DNA from: an uncultured Flavobacteriaceae bacterium
GTDB lineage: Bacteria; Bacteroidota; Bacteroidia; Flavobacteriales; Flavobacteriaceae
DNA length: 64,000 nucleotides
NCBI GenBank assembly: GCA_947501845.1
Contig: CANMXP010000007.1
Coordinates: 151,381 to 215,380, forward strand
Direction of reading: 5' to 3'
This document shows, piece by piece, positions 21,671 through 30,326 of this stretch. Position numbers and translations under genes: made by a program. How positions within the stretch are numbered: position 1 is the first letter of the stretch; each line of letters begins with the position of its first letter. A model generated the notes under the pieces. It had not been told where the DNA came from, did no database searches, and saw nothing but the letters and a program-made list of their open reading frames with translations.

Positions 21671-22006
21671 TTAATATTTTTTTCCAAATAAGTATTCGTA
21701 TCTATTTTTTGTTATCTCGAACTGAATTTTTAAGTTTCTAATTTTTAAAGATATTTCAATATCTTTTTCAACAAAACTATCAGGATTAAAGTCTGCAAAA
21801 GTTAAACTGTTTTTATCTAAAGGACTTATATCAATAGCACTTTCTTGCTCTCTGCTTAAACGCTTAATTTTTAGCTCTATGTCTTCAATTCTTCTTCTAT
21901 AAATTAATTCAGAATCTTCAGCTATAACTTTAGCTCTGTCTTCTCTAATCTGATCGTTGTTTCTTCTTAAAGCATCAACAAATCGTGGTTTTAAATCGTC
22001 ACTCAT
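21671..22006 (-). CDS. Hypothetical coiled-coil protein (111 aa), translationally coupled to the vWA gene
   Basis: ORF. Heptad-like charged sequence. 3-bp spacing to the downstream gene. Confidence 0.35.
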   Translation of the reverse strand: MSDDLKPRFVDALRRNNDQIREDRAKVIAEDSELIYRRRIEDIELKIKRLSREQESAIDISPLDKNSLTFADFNPDSFVEKDIEISLKIRNLKIQFEITKNRYEYLFGKKY

Positions 22007-22236
22007 TTTTGTTTGTTTTTAGGTTCTGTATAATCAACTGTTCTTATTTTCTTTTAAGGAACAAGGTTTAAAATCTCTTCTTTTAATTAGTGCTACAAAA
22101 CAAAGCTAAATATTATGCTTTTACTACCCTATTTTCCGTGAAAATAGTAGAAACCTTTGCTTATCTGTACTATTTTTTAATAAAATATTGATTTTCGTTT
22201 TTTATCTTGTTACGTGATTTTAATCTCTTTTCAGCG

Positions 22237-23205
22237 TTAAATCTTATACTTTTTTGATAATTCATCACACAACTTGGTAATATCTTCTTTTCGTGACAAA
22301 ACGGCTATCCAATTACTTGGAATAACATCATACCCATATAACAAACCTGCTAAACCTCCAGAAATTGCGGCCGTAGTGTCTGTATCTTTTCCTAAGTTGA
22401 CCGATTTTAAAACCGTTTCTTCATAGCTTTTTGAAGTTAGGATACACCATAAGCTGGCCTCTAAACTGTCTAAAACATATCCACTAGAATTAATTTCATT
22501 TTCTTCAAGTTCGTATAAAACTTGTATGTCATAATTCTCTATTTGATTTTCTAATATTTTGTGAAATTTGTCCATTTCTTTTTGGGAACAAATAGGATTA
22601 TTGTTCAAAAAATAGTTTACCTCAATCTGCATCTCTTTATAGGCTTCCCATTTTGTTTTATTCTCCAAAAGCTTAAGAGCATACTCTAAATAAATAAAAC
22701 ATGCTAAAACAGATCTAATATGGGCATGGGTAATTGATGAAACATCTTTAATTATATCAAACCGTTTTTCTATTTTAAGCTCTTTAATATAAAATACGAG
22801 TGGTAAAATTCGCATTAAAGATCCATTACCATTGTCCATTTCTGAATAGCCTCCCGCAAGTATTGGCTTTGTTCCTGTTGCTATAGAATGAATCGCTTGA
22901 TTAGTAGAAATACCAATATCAAAAACTTTCCCGTGTGGTGTCCAAATCTCCTCATTTCTCCATTGAACAAACTTTTTACCTATATCGTTAATATCGTATT
23001 GCTTGCATAAACTTTCTGCAAGACAAAATGTAAGCGAACTATCGTCACTCCAAGTACCTAAAGGCTGTTCATGGGTTCCATATCCTAACATGTCCTTAAC
23101 TGGAAATCGTTTTAAATAATCTCTATCTTTAAATTCAACGGGGACTCCCAAAGCATCTCCTACTGCCAAGCCAAACAATGCTGCATGTATTTTATTCTGC
23201 TTCAT
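22237..23205 (-). CDS. ADP-ribosylglycohydrolase family protein (DraG/ARH-like)
   Basis: N-terminus KIHAALFGLAVGDALGVPVEF... (ARH signature GxAxGDALG). 322 aa. Confidence 0.8.
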   Translation of the reverse strand: MKQNKIHAALFGLAVGDALGVPVEFKDRDYLKRFPVKDMLGYGTHEQPLGTWSDDSSLTFCLAESLCKQYDINDIGKKFVQWRNEEIWTPHGKVFDIGISTNQAIHSIATGTKPILAGGYSEMDNGNGSLMRILPLVFYIKELKIEKRFDIIKDVSSITHAHIRSVLACFIYLEYALKLLENKTKWEAYKEMQIEVNYFLNNNPICSQKEMDKFHKILENQIENYDIQVLYELEENEINSSGYVLDSLEASLWCILTSKSYEETVLKSVNLGKDTDTTAAISGGLAGLLYGYDVIPSNWIAVLSRKEDITKLCDELSKKYKI

Positions 23206-23214
23206 TCTTACTAT

Positions 23215-23685
23215 TTAATTAAAATCATAAACAACCGTTTTGATACCATTATTAACTAAATTATTCAATAAAACAGGCTCTATTTTCTCCCATTTTCCTC
23301 CAGCTAAACCACAACCAATTCTTGGCATATGTACAGAAGCTTTTAAATCTTTTGCTTTTTTAAAAACCTTTTGCATAGCCTCTTCAACAGCCACATACCG
23401 AATTGGTGGATGACCTTGTTCATCTTTTCTAATCTTATGCTGCCCTATTACATTAGCAACCCATAAATCATTTTCAACTTGTATAAACTGTACGTTTCCT
23501 AATTCAAAATCATTTTGTGATTTATACCATGCCCGATAAGAAGCCTCAGGTAATGCCCACCTTTTTGAAATTGCTATTACAAATCCTTTTCCCCATCCCC
23601 CAATATCGTTGCAGATATGGACTATGATTTTATTTCCTTCTGAACTGGGTTGCGTTGCATCACCATTTAAATATTGAATTTCCAT
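23215..23685 (-). CDS. Macro-domain protein of the TARG1/OARD1 (Macro_2) type
   Basis: 156 aa. C-terminal [21 protein letters not shown]...IKTVVYDF aligns with human TARG1 ...[20 protein letters not shown]...IKITVYTL. Confidence 0.7.
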   Translation of the reverse strand: [156 protein letters not shown]

Positions 23686-23689
23686 ACCT

Positions 23690-24556
23690 TTAATTTAGGG
23701 TTTGAGAATTTAAAACATCTTTGATACAATTGCCTATTGGAATCCGATATACTGGTATTTTTATATTGTATAGTTTTATAAAACGTTTTATTTCACTATC
23801 CACATTTTTTTGGTCATAGCGAGATGAGAAATGTCCTAAAATAAGTTTATTTACTTTTATTTCTGAAACCATCTGCATAACTTCTTCGAGCGAACTATGT
23901 TTATTTTTATGATTACCCTTTTCTAATTCTTTTTTGCTTAAAAAGGTAGCTTCGTGTATTAAAACTTCACAATTATCAAACTTTGAATAATCAAAGATTG
24001 GCGTATCTCCAGAATAAATCAATACATTTTTATGTTGTTTTTCATTTATAAAACCTTCGCCTTTTTCCTTTTTTAAAGCAATTAATTCTTCAGCCTTTAA
24101 CTTGTGAAATTCTTTTTTCAGTTTATTTTTAGTTTCTACAACTTTATAAGATAAACTTTTGAGCTGACCATAAATATCAATATGTCTATTCTCAAACCCT
24201 TGAACACTTAAGTTTGATTTAATGTTTATAATTTCATTATCCATTAATGGTTTCCAAAGCGTACCAGAAGTATGCGGATCAAACTTAGTTGTAAATTCAG
24301 CTAAAAATTTGAATGAATTTGCATCTTTTGGATAATGAATAGCAGGTTTTCCATGTGAAAACAACTGATTATATTGCAATAACCCTCCCAAATGATCTCT
24401 ATCTGCATGAGATATAAAAACATGTTTTATTTTGCCTGTTTTTCCTAGCAAATTAGCTGTAAGCCCATCACCTGCATCAAATAGCAAACCTAGCTCTTCT
24501 ATAAAATACCACGTCGCAAATAAAGCCGTTGAATATCCATGTATAGTTAATTTCAT
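23690..24556 (-). CDS. MBL-fold metallo-hydrolase (RNase Z/ElaC-like fold)
   Basis: 288 aa. Motif HVFISHADRDHLGGL (HxHxDH-type, with HxDxDH variant). Confidence 0.6.
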   Translation of the reverse strand: MKLTIHGYSTALFATWYFIEELGLLFDAGDGLTANLLGKTGKIKHVFISHADRDHLGGLLQYNQLFSHGKPAIHYPKDANSFKFLAEFTTKFDPHTSGTLWKPLMDNEIINIKSNLSVQGFENRHIDIYGQLKSLSYKVVETKNKLKKEFHKLKAEELIALKKEKGEGFINEKQHKNVLIYSGDTPIFDYSKFDNCEVLIHEATFLSKKELEKGNHKNKHSSLEEVMQMVSEIKVNKLILGHFSSRYDQKNVDSEIKRFIKLYNIKIPVYRIPIGNCIKDVLNSQTLN

Positions 24557-24558
24557 CT

Positions 24559-25065
24559 TTAGTTTTCCTTTAATAATTCTTTATAAATCCTATAATTCTC
24601 ATCATCATAACACACAAAAATCACCTCTTCTATTATAGGGTTTTGTTTTACTGTTTTTATAGCAATTAATGCGGCTTTTTCTTTTGGAAACTTATAAATT
24701 CCTGTACTTATATTTGGAAAAGCAATACTCTTGACATTATTATCTTTTGCTAATTGTAAACTATTTTTGTAGCAATTTTCTAATAATTGTGCTTCATTAT
24801 TATTTCCTCCATTCCATACTGGACCTACTGTATGGGTTACATACTTAGAAGGTAATAACCCGCCAGTAGTAATCACTGCCTCGCCCGTTTTGCAACCACC
24901 TTGTTTATCCCTAATCTTTATACATGCTTCTAAGATTGTTTTACCTCCTGCTTTATGAATAGCCCCATCAACACCTCCTCCACCTAAAAGCGATGTGTTA
25001 GCTGCATTTACTATAATTTCTACAGCTACTTTTGTAATATTTCCTTGTATGCAACTAATTGTCAT
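24559..25065 (-). CDS. Macro-domain protein (MacroD/YmdB-like O-acetyl-ADP-ribose deacetylase / ADP-ribose-1''-phosphatase type)
   Basis: 168 aa. [23 protein letters not shown] ... GEAVITTGG ... [11 protein letters not shown] are the canonical macro motifs. Confidence 0.85.
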   Translation of the reverse strand: MTISCIQGNITKVAVEIIVNAANTSLLGGGGVDGAIHKAGGKTILEACIKIRDKQGGCKTGEAVITTGGLLPSKYVTHTVGPVWNGGNNNEAQLLENCYKNSLQLAKDNNVKSIAFPNISTGIYKFPKEKAALIAIKTVKQNPIIEEVIFVCYDDENYRIYKELLKEN

Positions 25066-25901
25066 TATTCTAGGTTTAGTGCAATTTGCTTGAATTGTTC
25101 AGTACTTTCAATACTCTTAAAAGAGTCTGTACTATAAATTTTATCAAAATGCTTATTAAGTTCCGTTAATCCTTTACTAAAAATACCATGACTAACAGCT
25201 AAATATAATTTACCCGCATTCTTCTTTTTTAACTCTTTAGCCAGCCCCATAAAGGTACCTCCGCCATCACAGATGTCGTCCACTATTAAACACGATTTCC
25301 CTTTCAAATCTTCGGCATATACTTTAAAATCTGATATCTGTCCAGTTTTCACATCTCTTGATTTTGAGCATTCTATAACTTCAATACCGCCTAATGCACT
25401 GGTTAATTTATATATCTTCTTTAAAGCACCGCCATCTGGTGAAATAAGTATAATATCTTCATCTATATCTTGAATTGCTTCTTTAATAAAGTTATGATTT
25501 GAAATCACTTTACAATTATTTAATAATGCTGGAACTACTTCTGAATGCGGGTCATAAACCGTTACGCTATTCAAATTCAAAGCATTTAATAGCTGTGCAT
25601 ATACTTTAACCGACAATGATTCGCCTTTTACCATAACCCTATCTTGCCTTGCTGCTGGGAAATAAGGTATAAATACATCTATTGATTTAATTCCCAATCT
25701 TTGTAATGCATCGATAGCCAAAAGCAACAAACCAAAATCGTTAAATGACTGTACCCTATGCGTTACAGTTACATTTTTGTTTTGATCTATTGGTGTTAAA
25801 ATTTTAATGTGCGGTTCTCCCCCCGAAAAAGTAAAACTTTCAAAATCGATACTTTCTTTTTCAATAAAGGGTCTAAATTTAGGGTCTAAATTTAAAATCA
25901 T
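25065..25901 (-). CDS. Ribose-phosphate pyrophosphokinase family protein (short Prs-like; could be a genuine PRPP synthetase or an ADP-ribose pyrophosphokinase 'Adps'-type homologue)
   Basis: 278 aa. [10 protein letters not shown] (Prs PYFxYARQDR) and [13 protein letters not shown] (PRPP-binding loop). Lacks ~30 N-terminal residues of housekeeping Prs. Confidence 0.78.
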   Translation of the reverse strand: MILNLDPKFRPFIEKESIDFESFTFSGGEPHIKILTPIDQNKNVTVTHRVQSFNDFGLLLLAIDALQRLGIKSIDVFIPYFPAARQDRVMVKGESLSVKVYAQLLNALNLNSVTVYDPHSEVVPALLNNCKVISNHNFIKEAIQDIDEDIILISPDGGALKKIYKLTSALGGIEVIECSKSRDVKTGQISDFKVYAEDLKGKSCLIVDDICDGGGTFMGLAKELKKKNAGKLYLAVSHGIFSKGLTELNKHFDKIYSTDSFKSIESTEQFKQIALNLE

Positions 25902-25963
25902 ATTGCGTTTATTTTACGCAAATGTATAAAGAGAAAATGAGATAACAAAATTTTGTGTAATAT

Positions 25964-26656
25964 TTACACAAACTTTATTTCAAAATGGAAATCGTTAACG
26001 GTAAGTTGCTTGAATTTCTTTTTATTAAATTTAAAAAGTTTGGCAGGGCGGCCACTTCCAATTTTTTCAATTTTATTGGTTTCTTCAATGATGCCAAAGC
26101 TTAGCGTTTTCTTTCTAAAATTTCTTCGGTCTATTTCTTTTTCTAAAATAGTCATATACAAATTTTCTAAATCGGAAAACGGAAACTCATCATTTAGCAA
26201 ATCAAAGCCAATAGGCTCATAGCTCAATTTTGCTTTTAATCGTTGATGCGCCATATCTAAAATCTGTTGATGATCAAATGCTAATTTTGGTAATTCATTT
26301 AGGTGATACCATTGTACATCTGCTGCATCTGTATCTGCTTTAATATTAAAATGATTAGGTTTTACCAATCCAAAATAACTTACTGAAAGCACTCTATTTC
26401 TAGGATCTCTTTTAGGAGTTCCAAATGTGTAGAGTTGCTCCAGGTAATCTATAGTTATTCCTGTTTCTTCACTAAGTTCCCTTTCTACAGCCTCTTCAAG
26501 CGATTCATTATTAAGAACCAAACCTCCAGGTAAGGCCCACTTCCCTTTAAAAGGTTCAATTCCGCGTTTAATTAATAATACTGACAGATTGTTTTTAGAT
26601 TCGTAACCAAATACAACTGCATCTACAGAGACTTTTATATCTTGATTCACTTTCAT
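25964..26656 (-). CDS. NUDIX hydrolase (ADP-ribose pyrophosphatase-like) with a ~80-aa C-terminal extension
   Basis: Nudix box GGLVLNNESLEEAVERELSEETGI (GX5EX7REUXEEXGU). 230 aa. Confidence 0.8.
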   Translation of the reverse strand: MKVNQDIKVSVDAVVFGYESKNNLSVLLIKRGIEPFKGKWALPGGLVLNNESLEEAVERELSEETGITIDYLEQLYTFGTPKRDPRNRVLSVSYFGLVKPNHFNIKADTDAADVQWYHLNELPKLAFDHQQILDMAHQRLKAKLSYEPIGFDLLNDEFPFSDLENLYMTILEKEIDRRNFRKKTLSFGIIEETNKIEKIGSGRPAKLFKFNKKKFKQLTVNDFHFEIKFV

Positions 26657-26940
26657 TTATGCGTATTTAGAACACAAAGATACAGTCTTTAATCTTTCTC
26701 CTCAAAGAATATTATACCTTGCCTTATTATAACCGTATCCGTAAAATACTTTTTCTACAAATTAATAAATTGAAAAATATTGTAACATTTGTAATTATTA
26801 AGATACATATAATTAGATTGGCAACTATAGAAAAGCAAATAATATAATAAGAATGTACCGATTGAAATATAAAAAAAATTACCTAATATTGTTTGTAAGT
26901 AATTGCTCTTAAAAAATTTACCACCAAAAACTCTAACCTA

Positions 26941-27690
26941 TTGAATACTATCATTGATATTGCTTTTTCATCTGTAAATATTACACTAAGCATACTCGTT
27001 ATTTTACTTATAGTGTATTGGCTTTTCAATATGATTTCTGGAATTGATTTTGATCTAGACGTTGATGTAGATATTGATATTGATGCAGACGTAGATGTAG
27101 ACCTCGATACCAGTCTTGAAAGTGGAAGCATAACCGATCTTGCCAACGCAGAAATTAACAAAGAAGATATTGTTAGAAATCCAAGAAAAAAACTAGAATG
27201 GTGGCAAATTGTATTAATCTACTTCAATTTTGTTGGATTACCGTTTATGTTCACATTTACATGTTGGATTTTTATTTGGTGGTTATGCACCGTAATTTCA
27301 ACAAGTATTACTGAATCTTATAATACTAGTTTTGGATACACGGTCCTTTTAGCTGGTATATTACCATCTTTAATTTTAACCAAACTTTTTACAACACCTT
27401 TTAAAGGTTTTTTTAAGAACTTGAATCAAGACGGAGATTTACCTACAGATTTAACTAGCAAAAAAGGTGTTATGTTATCAAACATATCTGGAGAAAAAAT
27501 GGGATCTGCAGAAGTAGTAGCAGATGGCAATCCCATGTCTATTTATGCCAAATCATTAGATGGCCAAACCATTAAATACAAACAAGATATTTTAATCGTA
27601 AAACAATCTGATGATAAAAATTTTTATTGGGTACTACCCTTCGAAGATGACAATGATAAAATACTTAATATTAATGACATCGAATTCTAA
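26941..27690 (+). CDS. NfeD/YqiJ-like membrane protein (TM segments + acidic DxD repeat + C-terminal OB-fold)
   Basis: 249 aa. TM helices. DFDLDVDVDIDIDADVDVDLD acidic repeat. C-terminal beta-rich NfeD-like segment. Immediately upstream of a flotillin gene, as in yqiJ-yqiK pairs. Confidence 0.6.
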   Translation: MNTIIDIAFSSVNITLSILVILLIVYWLFNMISGIDFDLDVDVDIDIDADVDVDLDTSLESGSITDLANAEINKEDIVRNPRKKLEWWQIVLIYFNFVGLPFMFTFTCWIFIWWLCTVISTSITESYNTSFGYTVLLAGILPSLILTKLFTTPFKGFFKNLNQDGDLPTDLTSKKGVMLSNISGEKMGSAEVVADGNPMSIYAKSLDGQTIKYKQDILIVKQSDDKNFYWVLPFEDDNDKILNINDIEF

Positions 27691-27739
27691 AACATATCAT
27701 ATAACTTAAATCAATTAAAAACAAAACCAAATAACAACT

Positions 27740-29806
27740 ATGGAACACATCACGCAGTTTATTGGAATAGGAGTTGGACTTATTCTGTTCTTAATCATAA
27801 TTTATTTTGCAATTATTGCACTATTCTATAAAAAAGTCCCGCAAGGAGAAGCCTTAGTAAGGACAGGATTTAAGGGTACTAAAGTCGCTACAGATAAAGG
27901 GCTGTACGTAGTACCTGTATTTCATAAAGTAGAAATTATGGATATTTCGGTAAAGAAAATCCAAATTGAGCGTATTGGAGACAACGGATTATTATGTAAG
28001 GATAATATGCGCGCCGATATTAAAGTGGCATTTTTCGTAAGAGTAAACAATGAGGTAGATTTCATAAAAAAAGTAGCACAAACAGTAGGTTGCGAAAGAG
28101 CTTCAGATATTTCTACATTAGAAGAACTTTTTGAAGCCAAATTCTCTGAAGCTTTAAAAACCGTTGGGAAAAAGTTTCAATTTGTAGAGCTTTACGAAGC
28201 ACGTAGAGAATTTCGTGATGAAATTGTTGATATTATTGGTACAGATCTTAATGGTTATACCTTAGAAGATTGCGCCATAGATTACTTAGAGCAAACACCT
28301 GTTCAATTTTTAAAGTCTGATAACATTCTAGATGCAGAGGGGATTAAAAAAATCACAGAACTCACTGCTGAACAAAACATGAAAGCTAATCTTATTAAAC
28401 GCGATGAAGAAAAAGTAATTCGCAAGCAAGATGTTGAAGCGCGTGAAGCCATTTTAGAGTTGGATAAACAATTAGCAGAAAAAGAAGAACAACAAAGAAG
28501 AGAGATCTCTAACATAAAAGCCCGTGAAGAAGCAGAGATCTTAAAAGTAGCTCAAGAAGAACGTTTAAAATCTGAAAGTGCCAGAATTTCTACTGAAGAA
28601 AAAGTAAAAGTGGCTGAAGAAAATATGGAGCGTCAAATTATAGTTGCAGCAAAAAACAAGCAACGTACAGATGCTGTAGAATCTGAAAGAGTTGAAAAAG
28701 ACAGAATGCTAGAAGCTACAGAAAGAGAACGTATCGTTACTTTAGCTCAAATTGAAAAAGAAAAAGTAGTAGAAGTTGAAAAGAAAAGTATTCAAGATGT
28801 GATTCGAGATAGAGTGATGCTTGAAAAAGGCGTGGTAGAAGAGCAAGAAAACATGAAAGACATCGAAGCATTTAAGACTGCCGACAGAGAAAAGCAAGTA
28901 AAGATTACAATTGCAGAAGCTAACGCACAAGAATCATTAATTAAAACCATAAAAGCTGCGGAAGCCGAAAAAGAAGCATCTAAACAAAAAGCAGAAGAAA
29001 TTAATATTGAAGCGGAAGCGAAGAAACAAGCGAGCCAAAAAGAAGCGGAAGCTAGAAAAACACTAGCCGAAGCCAAAGCTAAAGAAGAAGCAACTATTGG
29101 TATGTCTGAAGCGCAAGTAATGCATGCAAAAGCAGATGCCAACGAACGTCAAGGTCTGGTAGAAGCAACTATTATAGAAGAAAAAGCTAAAGCAGAAGCT
29201 GCTGGAATTTTAGCTAAAGCAGAAGCTGTGAAAGAAGAAGGTATAGCTCAAGCTGAAGTCATTAAGGAGCAAGCCTTAGCAGAAGCTACTGGTATAGAAG
29301 AAAAAGCTAACGCTATGAAAAAATTAGATGGTGTTGGTAAAGAACATGAAGAATTTAAATTACGTTTAGACAAAGAATTACAAGTAGATCTAGCCGAAAT
29401 TAATATTCAAAAAGAAATTGCAGATGCGCAAGCTGAAGTTATTGGTGAAGCATTAAAAGCAGCAAATATTGATATTGTTGGTGGTGAGACAATGTTCTTC
29501 GATCAAATTATTGGACAAATCACAAAATCTAAAGGTGTAGACCGTCTGGTAAATCATTCAGATAATATTACCCAAGTAAAAGATGCTATTCTAGGAAGCG
29601 ATGATGTTAAAGGCAATCTATTAGATAAAATCAAAGAGTTTGCAACCAAATATGGTATCTCTTCAGAAGACATTAAAAACTTAACAGTTGCTAATTTGTT
29701 AATGGATTTAAAATCTAAAACATCAAATACCAGCGAAGAAACCCTATTTAATAACCTAGCGAACCTTGCCAAGGGCTTAGGTTTATCTGATAAAAAGTTA
29801 GGGTAA
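27740..29806 (+). CDS. Flotillin-like SPFH/band-7 protein (YqiK/FloA-like) with long Ala/Glu/Lys-rich coiled-coil
   Basis: 688 aa. N-terminal TM anchor. SPFH core (…GEALVRTGFKGTKV…YVVPVFHKVEIMDISVKKIQI…). Long EA-repeat region. Confidence 0.8.
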   Translation: MEHITQFIGIGVGLILFLIIIYFAIIALFYKKVPQGEALVRTGFKGTKVATDKGLYVVPVFHKVEIMDISVKKIQIERIGDNGLLCKDNMRADIKVAFFVRVNNEVDFIKKVAQTVGCERASDISTLEELFEAKFSEALKTVGKKFQFVELYEARREFRDEIVDIIGTDLNGYTLEDCAIDYLEQTPVQFLKSDNILDAEGIKKITELTAEQNMKANLIKRDEEKVIRKQDVEAREAILELDKQLAEKEEQQRREISNIKAREEAEILKVAQEERLKSESARISTEEKVKVAEENMERQIIVAAKNKQRTDAVESERVEKDRMLEATERERIVTLAQIEKEKVVEVEKKSIQDVIRDRVMLEKGVVEEQENMKDIEAFKTADREKQVKITIAEANAQESLIKTIKAAEAEKEASKQKAEEINIEAEAKKQASQKEAEARKTLAEAKAKEEATIGMSEAQVMHAKADANERQGLVEATIIEEKAKAEAAGILAKAEAVKEEGIAQAEVIKEQALAEATGIEEKANAMKKLDGVGKEHEEFKLRLDKELQVDLAEINIQKEIADAQAEVIGEALKAANIDIVGGETMFFDQIIGQITKSKGVDRLVNHSDNITQVKDAILGSDDVKGNLLDKIKEFATKYGISSEDIKNLTVANLLMDLKSKTSNTSEETLFNNLANLAKGLGLSDKKLG

Positions 29807-29816
29807 CATAATCTCA

Positions 29817-29851
29817 TTCACTTGCTTGTCAGTCTCTGGCAAGCAAGTGAA
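29817..29851. terminator. 12-bp inverted repeat hairpin (ttcacttgcttg…caagcaagtgaa) just after the flotillin stop
   Basis: Read directly. Confidence 0.45.
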
Positions 29852-29867
29852 TTAAACCTCTTAATTA

Positions 29868-30308
29868 GTGTCCAAATTAAAAATCATTTTCATTGTAATC
29901 ATTTCAGCAATGGTATTCTGTTTAACTGATAATATATTCTCAAGAGAAGAATATCTAAAGGGAATTATTATTAAAAAAGGGTACAGAAACAAAATGATTA
30001 TTACAGCGACAGGAAATAATACCAGTAGAGGACACAGTGTTGTTAATACTCCAACTTATGATCCTAATGGGTATATAATATTTATTAAAGATAAAAATGG
30101 TGATCAAATAGTGATAAGGAGTAACCGGGATACTTATACCAACGCTTACAAAGGTGATTCTATAAAATACCGTTTATCAAAAGGCTTTTTTTCTAGAAAA
30201 ATATGGAAATCTTCTATAGTTGAAGTCATGCCAAATTTTGAAAACAGAAAACAATTTTTAAATAAAAAACTATCACCACTAGAAAAATTTCTTAAAAACA
30301 ACAGATGA
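29868..30308 (+). CDS. Hypothetical small membrane-anchored protein (146 aa)
   Basis: ORF with N-terminal hydrophobic segment. Confidence 0.35.
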   Translation: MSKLKIIFIVIISAMVFCLTDNIFSREEYLKGIIIKKGYRNKMIITATGNNTSRGHSVVNTPTYDPNGYIIFIKDKNGDQIVIRSNRDTYTNAYKGDSIKYRLSKGFFSRKIWKSSIVEVMPNFENRKQFLNKKLSPLEKFLKNNR

Positions 30309-30326
30309 TTTTAACTAAAAAAGTAC

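Noticed and set aside
27061-27125. Short-period DNA repeat gatgtagatattgatattgatgcagacgtagatgtagacctcgat that could mimic a CRISPR/tandem repeat
   Set aside because: It is in-frame coding for an acidic (DxD)n linker of the NfeD-like protein. No spacers, no cas genes
27922-29142. Minus-strand ORFs 27922-28140, 28303-28515, 28742-28930, 28792-29142 and 29554-29817
   Set aside because: Antisense to the flotillin gene. The Ala/Ser-rich translation is just the complement of the GAA/GCA-rich coiled-coil coding repeat
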